From the NCBI RefSeq assembly GCF_009834535.1, contig NC_045696.1:41604001-41668000 (forward strand): a stretch of 64,000 bases of DNA. Direction: 5' to 3'. The DNA comes from Camelus ferus. Lineage: Eukaryota. Position numbers and translations under genes: made by a program. Shown here piece by piece: positions 13,541 to 26,549 of this stretch. The notes beneath the pieces were generated by a model that had not been told where the DNA came from, searched no databases, and saw only the letters and a program-made list of their open reading frames with translations. Position 1 is the stretch's first letter. The number at the start of each line of letters is the position of its first letter.

Positions 13541-16106
13541 GCAAAACCTCTCTGCTCTTTAATGATAATATTAAACACTAAGATGGCATAATTTATGGAC
13601 AAATATTTTTCATAATAATTCTGAAAGTATTCTTTGTATTACTCCATTGTTGCAATCATACGAAATTTAATTTGTTGAGAAATATGCACTTAGGTTATGG
13701 TGTAGTACTTTCATGAAAACATTAGTTCTCAAAAAGTGTGTCTTTTTTCCCAAAGAAAAAGGCTGAAACATTAGATATTAAGGGCTTCATTGAAGCCTTA
13801 TGCTAAGCTTCAGCTCTAGTAAACACAGAGTCACATCTCACACAATCTGTATATCCACCATTCTCTAGTTACTTCTGAAAAGAATGGAAGGCCTTCAGTG
13901 AGTGAGTTTTGATACTCTCATTGGCTCTCACCTTCCTACCCAGTCTCCTGACTCCATCAGGCCAACCATAGTTTATGCAGTCAGTAGTCTATGCCCAGAA
14001 ATGTATGCAGCAATAAAAAGCCCTACAGTGGCATGTCATTCTTCCACTGTAGACAAAACCTCCATCACCATCACTGGTGTACAGAGTTGAGATGTGTTTG
14101 TGTTTGTTTGTTTTTAGTTCTGAAAAGAAAGAGGAGTCTGGGAGATGATATGGCAAATTGGTAATCTGTCTCTATCCATCAGGCAAGCATTTACTAAGTA
14201 TATGCTGTGTGCCCAGCATGGTAATAGAGGAACATAAACCTAAAACATGGTAATTGTCCTCAAGGAGACAGCAACACAGTTGGGAAGGCAAGATATACAC
14301 ATAAGAACTTTTAAGCAGAAAGAAGCAGACGTTAGGAAGGAATGGTATGATGTCTCCCTGCTTAGCATATTGTATAGCTGCACATCTGTGTCCTCATTAG
14401 AATCACTTGGGAAATTTTATTTAAAAGGTGATGCCTGCCCATCCAAGAGATTCTGATTTAATTGGCTAGTAATGGTCATCTCGGATCAGTAGATTAAAAG
14501 TCTCCAGCAGGCTATGATGTATAGCCCAAGTCAAGAGAACCTGGGAGCGGGTCTGAGTTCCAGCCTCTTTTTCCAAAGGATCCACAGCCTCTATGTAAAT
14601 TCACACTTGCAAATAGATTTGGGAGGAAAGTGAGATGCTGACAAAGTCCTCTCACCTTAAGTATCTTAACTCTCGTCTGTCCACTTATTACAAATATTTC
14701 CCTTTCAATTATAGCCAAAAGCAAATATTTAAAAATTTGTTTCTCCTTAAATTTACTGTCTCAGTGGGAAGATATAACTGTTGGCATTGCATTATTATAG
14801 TAAAGAGAAAAATCATACAATTCCAAGGGACATTAGAATGTGTTCATGATGTAATTTTGTCCTCTATTCACTCAATTTTGTCTAAATTCAAAGCAGGAAA
14901 AGGGGTCATAATTTTCCCATTTTGTGCAACTGTAGGCTATTTTAATTAGAAGCAAACACAGATAATTATCTGAAAGGTCTTCTATTAGAAGAAGAAAATC
15001 ACTTCTCCTAAAAATACTAGTAAATAACACCCTTATGTGACATATGGTCATAACCCTGCTCCAAGGGAGGACAAGGCCAGTTTATCAGATTTTCCTCTGC
15101 CTCATTAAATTCTCCACTCCTTTTAGAGTCTGCAATTTAATTGCAAAGAGAAACTATGAATGATCCTGCAGAGTGCATGTGGAAGAAATAGCCATCATCT
15201 TTATTTATGAGTATTCTAAACAAAGAAGCTAGCAAATATGGACATAGTCAATGTCTCCCAGGCCACACCAACCCGGGGTAAAAATAAGGTCATCATCTGT
15301 TATAAACAAGAATTGATTTTGTTCTGCATCAACTCTGCCAAAACGCTGGTCCCCTCAAGATAACTCTCAAAGAATTCTGGGAGTCTTCAGGGGCTACAGG
15401 AACTAATGCTCGTATATGCCAGGGACGTCTGCCCTTTTCCTCGGCCCTGCTCAGACTCACTAAAAGCGAAAGTGCCTGTCTTGGAGGATCTAGAGTTGTG
15501 AGCTCCACCGTCACCACCTTTGTGCCTGGAGTGGCTGCCAGTACACAGCCAATGCTGACTTATGCAGTCAACACCCAGAAGAGCTCTTCCCTCTGACTCT
15601 TTCTTGAGGTCACCTTACCTTGGGACTTAAGTGTGACCCCATAGAGTCTAGGCTGGAGAACAATATGAATGAAAGGCATTTGCTTTATTTAAAATCATTC
15701 CTCCCCTCTGGCTTTGCTCCATTCTCCCAGAATCAAGCATTTTTGTCTTCATTTTCTCTTCTGAAATTTTTTGTTGGAGACTCTTTAGTTCACCTAGCCA
15801 CCCCTCCCCACACCTAGTCCTCCAGATGTATTCATTCATTCATTCATTCTTTCATTCAGGGACTATGGTAGACACTGTTGAGGATACAGCAATGGCCTGG
15901 ATAGACACAGTCCCGCCTCACAGACCGAGTGCCATGAGCAGGTTCCCTGGTGGGCAGGTTGAGGGTGCTGTGAACACGCAGAGGACGGGCACTTCCTCCT
16001 CATGTTTGTGCAGTCAAGGAAAGCTTCTCAGAGGAAAGAAATGGCCTCAGAACTGAACCTAAAAGAAGGAGTAGACAGGCAAGGCAGAGGAAGAGCCAGG
16101 GAGCAG

Positions 16107-16255
16107 GGGAGGGGAGGGTACAGCTCAGTGGTAGAACACATGTTTAGCATGCATGAGGTCCTGGGTTCAATCCCCAGTACCTCCATTAAAAAATAAATTA
16201 AAACAAGTAAATAAATAAACATAATTACCTTTCCCCACCAAAAGAAAAAAAAAAA
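16107..16255 (+). mobile_element. vic-1-like camelid tRNA-derived SINE, inserted in an old L2 fragment
   Basis: A box agctcagtggtaga, B box ggttcaatccc, AT-rich linker, A tail; TSD cagggagcag (16097-16106) / cagggtgcag (16256-16265). Confidence 0.88.
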
Positions 16256-16516
16256 CAGGGTGCAGTGAGAGTTGGGGGATAGGAAGAGGGAAGGGCAAGT
16301 CCAGACATAAAAAGCATCATGTACAAAGTCCCGGAAGTTGGGGAGAGCATATCAAGTTCCACAGGTGGTCCTCACTTCCATCAGAGGTTTCAACTCTCTG
16401 CCCCAACAACCTGTAACCACCAAGGGAACAAAATGGCTAATTGGACTTGCTCTCTTGAGTTGTTCTTTGAGAAGGTGTTAATCAATTAGGGACAGGCTCT
16501 GAAGTCAGATGGAAAC

Positions 16517-16698
16517 AGAGCTTCCAGATAAACTATGAATGCTCAGTTAAATCTGCATTTCAGATTAATAACAATAATATTTTAGTACAAATATGTCCCA
16601 AAATTGCATGGCATATACTAAAAATTATTTTCTGTTTATCTGGAATTCAAATTTAACTGGATGCACTTTATTTTTACTTGCTAAATCTGGCCACTGTA
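16517..16698. mobile_element. MER53 palindromic hAT MITE
   Basis: cagttaaatctgcatttcagattaa...atgtccca...gcatggcata...tttatctggaattcaaatttaactgg...gctaaatctggc; internally self-complementary. Confidence 0.8.
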
Positions 16699-17489
16699 GA
16701 TCATGAAAATAACCACAAACTTGGTCACATTCACTGGAAAATCAACTGGAAAAAGAAGAGATAAGATTACAAAAGCAGACATCAATGGTAAAAATATAAA
16801 AAATGCAACTCACAGGAAAAAAAGAAACTACAACAGGTCAAGCAAATTTCCTTGTCTGAATTCTAAATAACTAAAGCTCATGGAGAATGCCTTACAATAG
16901 CATATACAGGGTTCTTTGCCAGAAGCACTTAAGAGCAGGATTGCAGAGGAAGGACCCCTAAGATCGAGTCCCCTGCTCACTAGTAATCATCAGTTCGGTC
17001 AATGAACCTGATACCAACAGAAAAGAGACCTGCAGTCATCAAACAGCAGGGCTAGCCACCCTTGGCCTCCTGGTCACACAAGCCAAGGTGGTAACTGCAT
17101 CATAGTTCTCGAGAATTCTGTTGGGTAAAAGTGCATCTAAATGCATGTGTGTTTGTCTTCTAGCAGCTCATTTTAATACAGCCTGGTGCCTAAGTCTCAT
17201 GGTCCAGTCTCAATATGCAGACACCAACTCTGACTCAGAAGAAAATGGATATGAGAATCAGCATGTCCACTGCGGGGAGGGAAGTTTACAGCAGGAAACA
17301 AATAAACAAAACAGATTGCGAATGAGGAGGGGAAAGGTTTTGTTTTCTTAGTCCTGATCTGAAGAACAGTAGTGTTTGATGAAGAAATTAAATGGGAAGT
17401 AGTGAAGCCATAAATAAATTTTTTTATAGTTAGGGTTGTAGCAAATCTGAGTCTTTAATATCTCCATTGGACTGGCTTTAGGGGTATAT

Positions 17490-17550
17490 GCGTGCATGTG
17501 TGTGTGCATGTGTGTGTGTGTGTGAAAGAGAGATAGAGACAGAGATAAAG
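17490..17550. repeat. (TG)n/(AG)n compound microsatellite
   Basis: tgtgtgtgcatgtgtgtgtgtgtgtgaaagagagatagagacagaga. Confidence 0.85.
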
Positions 17551-18489
17551 AGGGCCTGAGAGACTAATATGATGGATACAAGAGGTCTAATTGACCTTAA
17601 GTGGAAACACACTAAATTTGAGGGCAGTAGAGAACAAAACCAATAAATTTCATAGGACTGTAGTGAACACCAGATGTTGAGAGTCTTACCAAACCAGACA
17701 TCTGCTTCTGTCTCTAAGAGACAAGAGAGATATACAAAATATTTTTAAAGGATACAAAAAAGAAGCATTAGAGATGACAAAGGGCCAATGCACAACCCAG
17801 ATTTCAAATTAAGAGTTATCCGCATGGTCCATTGTCTGTGTATTCCTTGACCCCAGGCTTCTGCCCCAGACACCTGTGCTCCCACAGGACCTGGTAGTCT
17901 CTGTTCTTCACATTCAATCTTGTTCTGAAATTATGGCCTGGGGTCCAGCTTTGAACTATTCAAAGCTGAAATGCCTAGAAATACCTCTTCCAATTCCTTA
18001 CCCGCTTCAGTGTATCCTCCCCCGTGGTAAGTGTAAGTATACTCATTCCCGAGTTCCAAGATGGAGACAGCCTCTTCTTTCCAGAAGCAGGCAGAGCAGT
18101 GGGGTGGGTCATGTGGATTGATCTTTCCATCCAGTTCTTTACATCACATTAAAATAAAAAGTCGTTTTCATTCATGAGGTTCATATGGTACACTCAACTT
18201 GAATACACATTGCACTTTTTTACAATTAAAAAGTAGGATTTTTCTTGAGACATTCAAAAAAACATAATCAAGAAAAAGGAAAGTTAAGCTTTGCTTGTAT
18301 GAAATAACATACACTAGAAGGGAGCCACATTAAAGTTATCTCAGGTGGATGTTCTAATGAACCAAAGCTTCATTACAAATCACGCTTTCAGATCAAATCT
18401 GTTATAAAGTGCATACAGCCTTAAAACAGGTAGTTATTTCCAATTCTTTCTTTTTTTTAAGAAATAATTTTATTATTTCAAAAATATCA

Positions 18490-19548
18490 ACAGGCCAATA
18501 GACACATGAAAAATGCTCAGTATCATTAATTATCAGAGAAATACAAATCAAAACTACAGTGAGGTATCACCTCACACCAGTCAGAATGGCCATCACTAAA
18601 AAGTTCATGAACAGGGGAGAGGATGTAGTTCAGTGGCAGAGCACATGCCTAGCATGCACAAGGTCCTGGGTTCAAGCCCCAGTACCTCCATTAAATAAGT
18701 AGATGAATAAACCTAATTACCTCTCCCAAAAAAAGATTAATTAAAAAAAATTTTTTTAAAGTCCATGAACAATAAATGCTGGAAAGGATGTGAAGAAAAG
18801 AGAACTCTCCTACACTGTTGGTGGGAATGTAGTTTGGTGCAGCCATTATGGAAAACAGGATGGAAATTCCTCAAAAAACTAAAAATAGACTTACCATATG
18901 ATCTAGCAATCCCACTTCTGGGTATAGATCCAGAGGGAACTCTAATTCAAAGAGATACATGCACCCCAATGTTCATAGTAGCACTATTTACAATAGCCAA
19001 AACATGGAAACAACCTAAATGTCCATCAACAAAAGCCTGGATGAAGAAGTTGTGGTATATTTATACAATGGAATACTACTAGGCCATAAAAAAGAACAAA
19101 ATAATGCCATTTGCAGCAACATGGATGGGACTGGAGATCATCATTCTAAGTGAAGTAAGCCAGAAAGAGGAAGAAAAATACCATATGATATCACTCATAT
19201 GTGGAATCTAAAAAAAGAAAAAAGAAAAAGAAAAAAAAAGGACACTATGAACTCATCTACAAAACAGAAACAGACTCACAGACATAGCAAACAATCTTAT
19301 GGTTACTAAGGAAAGGGGATGGGAGGGGATAAATTTAGGAGTTTGAGATTTACAAATGTTAGCCACTACATATAAAAATTGATTTTTTAAAGAAGTTTCT
19401 TCTGTATAGCACAGGGAACTATGTTCAATATCCTGTAATGAAAAAGAATATGAAAACAAGTATATGTATGTATATGCATGACTGGGACATTGTGTTGTAT
19501 ACCAGAAATCGACATATTGTAACTGACTGTACTTCAATTAAAAAAAAA
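18490..19548 (+). mobile_element. Lineage-specific L1 3' end (ORF2 C-terminus and 3' UTR)
   Basis: ORF 18765-19082 [29 protein letters not shown] is the L1 ORF2p cysteine-rich domain; the 3' UTR ends aactgactgtacttcaattaaaaaaaa. Same family as 50718-51941. Confidence 0.95.
18614..18757 (+). mobile_element. vic-1-like SINE nested in L1
   Basis: A/B boxes (agttcagtggcaga / ggttcaagccc); TSD aaagttcatgaaca (18600-18613) / aaagtccatgaaca (18758-18771). Confidence 0.92.
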
Positions 19549-21012
19549 CTAATCAAGTTTGGGAAACCAAAAGTACAAAGAAGAAAATTTAAGTCACCCA
19601 TAATCCTACCATTTAGAAGTAAATGCTATTAACTTACAGGTTGGTATTTAGCTTCCCAGTCTTTGTTCTGTATTTACATAATATCATTATAAAAAATGAG
19701 ATTATCCTATATCTATTGTTTAATAACAACTTTACCAATAAACATATATACATGCAACATTCTAAAACACATAGGTAATTTTTTTATTGAATAATAGTTG
19801 ATTTACAATGTGTGTTAGTTTCTGGTGCACAACATAGTGATTCAGTTATACATATATATTCTTTTTCATTTTAGGTTGTTATAAGCCATATATATCTATT
19901 TTATATATAGCAGTATGTATCTGTTCATCAAAGCACTGTAAAATATTTCATGCTGAGCTTAAATGAAAATGCACTAAATTTGAGGAGAGATGGGAACAAA
20001 ACAATAAAGTGGTTTTGACTTGCACATGTGCCTTAATTTATTTAACCAACCTTCCTCGTTTACTGAGGGTTTAGCTCATTCCTGCCACCAGTTCCTGCAC
20101 TCTCGCTCTCCTCTCCCCATTAGCAACAGTAAATATAATATCCTTGTAGCTAAACTTTTTGCACACCTAGTTATTTCCTTGAGATAAATTCCTAGAAGTG
20201 TAACTGCTGGGTCACAGGGGATCTACTAAGCCTTCTGAACCAAAAAATATTTCTATTTTTCTCCTGATTTTTTCTAGAATTAAGCAAGGTCTCCCCATGG
20301 GCTTTTTTGGCGATGCATGCAATTCACATTTATATTTCTTCTTGCACCATTCATTTACAGTTTCTACTTACATTCTACCAAGTGGCAGATGTTAAACGTA
20401 TGTCTATTTAATTTTTTTAAATCAGAGTCATTGCAACTCTCTTATGCTGACAGCTTCAGTCATTTCCAGATCATTAAACTCTATCATAAAATTAAATCAA
20501 TTCATGGAAGAAACAAAACATTGTAAAACCAAGGAGTTCATTTCTGTCCAAAGTAATATGGAGAGCCATATTATTCTTAAATCTAAAGTCAATGAACTGT
20601 AGGCGCACACACAACAAGAATAAATCACACAGGCATTGTGTTGAGCAGAAGAAGCCAGACTCAAAGAGCACATATTTATCATTCTGTTGACATAAAGCTC
20701 AAGAATAAGTAGAATGTATAGAGAATATTTTGAGGGAAATCAAAAGTCAAAATAGCGGTCATCTCTTGACGTCATAGACAATGATGGATTAGGAAGCAGC
20801 CCAAGGGAGGCTTCTTGGGTCCTGGAGATATTCTATCTATTGGTCTGGATGACACTTGCACAGGTATATGGAAGAAACTATTGAAATGTACATATTAAAA
20901 ACCTGAACAATAGATTTAACATGTGTGCACTTTTACTTTATGTACTTTACTACTGTGTTAAACTTTGATTTTTTTTAAACCCCCAAAATATCTACATTCT
21001 AAATCAATGGTT

Positions 21013-21465
21013 CATGCTTTAGTTTCCTAGGACCACCATAACAAAGCACCACAAGCTGAGCAGCTTAAAACAACCGAAATGTGTCCTCTCACCATGCTGG
21101 AGGCCATGAGCTGAAACCAAGAAGGCAGCAGGGCCACACTGCCTCTCAACCCTGCAGGGAATCCTTCTTGGCCTCTTCCTAGCTTCTGGTGGTTGGCCAG
21201 CCATCTTCGGGATCCCTTGACACACAGATGCATCACTCCAATCCTGTGTCCTCACATGGTATCCTCCCTCTGACTCTGTCTTCACATGGCCGTATTCTTA
21301 TAAGGACACGAGTTGTACTGAATTAGGGGCCCACTCTTCCCATATGATCTCAGCTAACCTTTGCAACAGCCCTATTTTCAAATAAGGTCACACTCTCAGG
21401 TATGGGGGTTAGGACTTCAACATATATTTGGCAGGAGGTGAGGGGGACGTGATTCAACCCATAAA
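21013..21465 (-). mobile_element. MLT1B/C-like MaLR solo LTR
   Basis: ttagtttcctagg...ataacaaagcaccacaagctg...ttcttataaggacac...ggggttaggacttcaacatat...attcaacccataa. Confidence 0.88.
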
Positions 21466-23366
21466 CTTGTTTTTAATTTTCTTTCAAAAATTTAAGTTCT
21501 ACAAAAAAGACCAAAATGAAGAAAATGGTGTCTGGAAGGATTTACACCAGTCAGCAGTAAATAAACTCCATTTGCAAGGAGATTCCTCAGGAAAGCCTCA
21601 CTCAGGACTACAGATTAATTCTTAGTTTCTAGAGTATGTATCAGAGGGAGGAAAGTCACTTGTGAAAAAATGACAGAAGTGGAATTTGAAGACACAAAGA
21701 GAGAGCTCACACACAGCAACGCAGCGCGGGACTTCTGAAATACTGAGATTATCATAGCTCATTGCTATCTCAGCATCCAGCCAGCTGGCTGCCTCAAGGG
21801 AAATTTTTGGCAGCACAGAAAACAGAAGTAGAGAGTGAGCCTCTCTGGATTTTGTATTCCAGGGTGAGAAAAAGATTAGGTGTGCAGCCACAATATCTTG
21901 GGCAAAAATTTGGAGGCAGAATCTCATCCCTGCCCCTTAGATGTGAGAAGGATTCTTCTAGCATTGGGATGGAAGAAAAGGAAAAATGGAGCTTACTTTC
22001 TGCTTCCTGGTAAGGCCACTGGGGTTGGCAGGGGGTCAGAGGCCAGAGAGGGAATAACTGCAGGAGAAAAGACCCTGGACAGCCTCATAGGTATCTCTGC
22101 CCCAGGTGTGGCACAGCATCAGCAGGGAGGGCATCAGGGCCCAGGGTCGTGCGGACAGCCAAGGCTCACCTCCACACAGACCTATGAAATTCAAGAATCG
22201 AATGGGCCTTTTACCCAACATGCACCAAAAAAAAAAAAATTAATTCATTAAATTGATAACTAAATCGGACATAGTTTGTCCCCATTTATAATACATTTCA
22301 AATACATCCATGCACCAATCAAAAAAAGACATCCCTTGTCAGATCACACTTTTCAATTTTTGGTTCAGAGATCATAGTCATCTACAAAACCCAGCAAAAG
22401 GGAAAAATATTCAACAGCTTGAAGAGCACCAAGAGGGAGAGGAACTAAAAATGAATTAGAGCTGACATCTGGAACCAGTGATTCACCTTTTATCAACTGC
22501 TCAGTTTAGATCTAAAGAAGAAGAAACGAAAAGTAGTTGGTGTGCTGTCCAGGATCTAAGAGCATAAAAGGAACTCAGACCAACAATAGCTGGTCAGTCT
22601 TGTCATAAATATGGCAGGAGAAAGCAACAGATGGGAGGCAAAGACAGATCCGTGAAAAGGACTCCAATGGTAGTAGGGCATGTCTCGCTACTTTCTTCTC
22701 TCTCTCTTTTATTTTTCACAATCAAAATTTTGTTCTTTTTCTAATTCTTTTAGGTGGTAGGTTAGGTTGTTTAATTGAGATTTTTCTTATTTATAGCACC
22801 ACAATTTGGGTATACAATGGCAACCCACTCCTTTTCACATAATCAATTTTTATGCCACATATAAGCTCAAATTAAAATGGCAAAACACCAATCCAAATGT
22901 CATAGAAAAGATAATCAGCTTTCTCAAGAACTGTTCTATTAGCTGATAAAATTACAGGGAGATAAATACGGTTCTTGTAAACACTGTGCTGTTATTGAAA
23001 AGACTGGAAAATTTTTCAAAATGACATACTTTTGAAGTCTAGGCTATGTGGGAACATAATACCACAAGGAAGAAAAACTCACACATAAGTTAATACTCCT
23101 GCTATAGGCCTGTAGTTATATTTTAGTTACTAGTGTTTCTATGTAAATACACTTCAAGTTTTAGTGAAAAGTAGAACTTACAAATTCCAGGAGACATATT
23201 TCCATTGAAATTCCAGGACAATTACATCTCTTAAATCGATCTGCCAATATGACTTTAACCATGAGTGGCTCCCCAGCTGTAAAGAATGGACTCTGCTAAC
23301 AAAAGCACTTTTAGAAGAGCACCAGCTAAGAGCAGCCGTATTTACACATGCTTACAGAGATGGAAT

Positions 23367-23485
23367 TTGAAAACAAATATGTGCATGTCTATGCAAGACT
23401 GGGACATTGTGCTGTACACCAGAGATTGACACATTGTTACTGACTGTACTCCAATTAAAAATAATTTAAAAATAAACATAAAAAT
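23367..23485 (+). mobile_element. Very short lineage-specific L1 3' terminus
   Basis: tgaaaacaaatatgtgcatg...gactgggacattgtgctgtacaccaga...tgactgtactccaattaaaa, homologous to about 19450-19545. Confidence 0.85.
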
Positions 23486-23706
23486 AAATCGATGCTATCT
23501 TTGCAGACAGTACTATCCTGTATCCATCTGATATGCTCACTGTTAAGGACTTCTACGTACCCACTTTAGCACCACTGAGTATTTCTGCCTTTTTCCTGAC
23601 CTTTCAGATGGCCGTGATTTCTGAACCAAACTTGGAAAGTCTGATCTGACAAGGAGAGTCTCTTTTTTTTTTTTGATTTGTGACTTTATGTATGTTATAT
23701 ATATAT

Positions 23707-23708
23707 AT

Positions 23709-23767
<59 letters not shown>

Positions 23768-23768
23768 T
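23707..23768. repeat. (TTTA)n microsatellite, about 15 units
   Basis: Perfect atttatttattt run preceded by (TA)n. Confidence 0.97.
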
Positions 23769-24604
23769 GGTCTTATAAATGAGGATCAATTATGTCAGAT
23801 TTCATTAGAGATTTAATCATTTTAATGAAAAGAATAAAATTACATGAAATTGAGTCTTGGCTAGAAAATCCAGGACATATGGTCATCATACGAGGAAAAC
23901 TGGGCTTTGTAGAGGAGAGAGCATCAGTCATCTGGAAACTGTCCCTTGTTTCTGGCAGCACAGGAATTTGCCTCAGGAAAATTGATCACTCCGTGAGTGT
24001 AAGCTCCAGCTCCGCCTCCGGGGCCAAGGAAGACCTAACTATCATCTGGTGATGATAATGAGAAAAGAACGATTCCACAGGCTGAAGCAGAGCATTTGCG
24101 GGGATCCGGTTTCCTTCCACTGCATTCAGACAGTCCCTGGTCTGCTGTCAGCCGTCCCCTACGTGCTCCTTTCTGTCCTAAGTACACTTGTGCTGCTCCA
24201 CGATGTCTGAGGGTTCCTTCCAACAGACCGAACCACGAGACGGCCTTTTCTGCATGTCTGCTGATTCTGTTAGTTACATCTTGTGCCTTGCATCGCAGAT
24301 TAATTCATCAGCAGATGAACCTTTTGGCTGGAGCCAAAAATAGTGAATATTTCCATTTCTAAAATAGTAGAAATCATTCCAGAAAATAAGTGTTATTTCC
24401 ATTCATTGATTACTTTCCACCCTGGACCTATACATTTAATCTTTAAAATGAATAAGCTGATATCTTGGTTGAGGGCAAAAATATGACAGTTCTGAAATCA
24501 TGAAGAAATAAGTGAACTTTATTCTTCTGGTGCCCTCCAGGGGACCTGAGAATATCTAATAAAACATGCTCTTCCATGGGCGAAGACCTTGAGTCTCAAA
24601 GAGC

Positions 24605-24780
24605 TTAAGGCAGCAGGTCTCAAACTTGAATGTGCATCAGACTCACTTAGGTGCGTTGACTCCAGCGTCAGATTGTTGCAGTGGATCCAGATGGGAGGGC
24701 CAGGGATCTGCCTGCAGGAGGGTGTCTAACAATCACCCCAGGTGGTTCTGAGGCAGATGGTGTCCAGAATGTACTATGAA
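24605..24780. mobile_element. MER5-like hAT relic
   Basis: gcagcaggtctcaaacttgaatgtgcatcagactcac...ccccaggtggttctgaggcag. Confidence 0.7.
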
Positions 24781-25928
24781 AATATATGAAACCACCCCCA
24801 GGGTCACACAGACAGAAAGAGCAGAGTCTCAGCTTACACTCTGGAGACTGAGATGAGGGACGGGGGGGCGCCCTAGGCCTTGGGCCTGACTCTGCCTCCT
24901 CCGCCCTGCTCCTCCCTGTCAAGCCGCCCTCACACTTGCCCTGAAAGCTATCTAAGATTATACTGGAAGGAAAATTTGAATGGCACGTTGCAAAATACAC
25001 TTCCACATACACCATTAGATTATTGGATCCCTCCATAATAAACATCAGGTTCTTGTATTCTCTTATTTCACCAGAGATTGAGATGAAGCTCAAAATAGTT
25101 AACTTATCTAAAATCACCCAGCAAGAAAATATGAGAGCTGTACACAAACGTAATACTTTAGGTACACAAGCCTACTGCTGCCCTAAACTGTCCAAATGGG
25201 ATGGAATAGCTTTTTCCCACTTTAAAGTTTGACACCATCAAGTACCTCCAATTTCTCTCCTAGTCCTTCCGGCAGTCAGTTAGTGACATTTATTTGGCAC
25301 CTCCTGTGTGCAGAAGGCTAAATATAGGAACTAAAATGAAGGTCCACAGTTGCTCTCACAGGAGCTCAGGATACTCTCAGGCCTGAGAGTACCTTTCATT
25401 TGTACTACTTGGATTTTTCACTTCCGCAGGAGGATGTCTGGCCTTCTGAAGAGAGTTAATAGCAGGTTATAGAAACACTTTTTCCAGATGGCTTCCTGAT
25501 TTGTATTCAGTTTTAAAAACACAGCATAGTTTGGGATGATATTTAACTCATGTTAAAAGCAGAACTGGGAATCCTCTTGAAAATAGAACTAGCATCTGCA
25601 ACACCTGCCCCATAGAAGGTATCAGCATTTGCCCAGGGTCAGCTGGAAAGGCAGGGACAGCCAACACAGTGTGACATTTGTCCCTTGACTTCTCTTTTAT
25701 CAGGGTCCCAATCTACCTGAGGAGCTAGAGAGTCAGAAGGAGAAAAGGCAGCGTCCCAGAAGAACAGGCGTGCAGGACTAGGAGAAAAGACCAAGACCCG
25801 CCTCACCTCAAGTTCCTCCAGCACAAATCTGGCTAGTGATGGGAGAGTTTGAAACTTTAAAATTAGAACTTTAAATTTGACAGATTCTCAGTAACCAAAG
25901 GATCTGAAAAGTTAATGAATCTATCCAA

Positions 25929-26549
25929 TGTATCATGAAGGAAACTGCCACTTAGTGGGTTCAAGGTTAGGGAATAGTCCCCAAAACTATCCTCACTTCT
26001 GGTACCAACTGCAGAGTTCAGGGGTCCCCAAGACCACCCCCAGATTCGATAATTCACTAGAAGGACTCATGAAACTCACTGAAAGCTGTTAGGTACATGG
26101 TTTCGTTTTGTTGCAATGCAGCAATACAGATTAAAAGAGCGAAGTGAAGAGAAGCCTGGGGCAGAGTTCAGGAAAGTTCTACACACAGAGCTTCCAGTCT
26201 TCCCCTCCAGTGCATCCACAGTGTTACCTTTCCCAGCACTACTGTATGACAATACACATTGAGTAGCACCAACCAGGAAAACTCACCCAAATTCTGGCAT
26301 CCCAGTCTTTATTGAGGCTCACCTGGCTGACCTGCTCTCCAGCCACTCTAGAGAGTGGGCTGATACCACCTGACACAAAATCCCCACCACAGATCACATT
26401 GTTAGGTTATCTGGTGTGGCCCAAGGTCCCCAGATGAACAAAGACACTTTTATTAGGCAGAATATTTCAAGGGCTTAGAGATTACCTCCCAGGAGTCAAG
26501 GGCAAAGGCCAGACCTCTCTCTGAGCAAAATTAAATTCTTTACTACACA
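25929..26549 (-). mobile_element. MER21-like ERVL solo LTR
   Basis: ggggtccccaagaccacccc...ttcgataattcactagaaggactca...gggcaaaggccagacctctct...ttctttactacaca. Confidence 0.78.
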
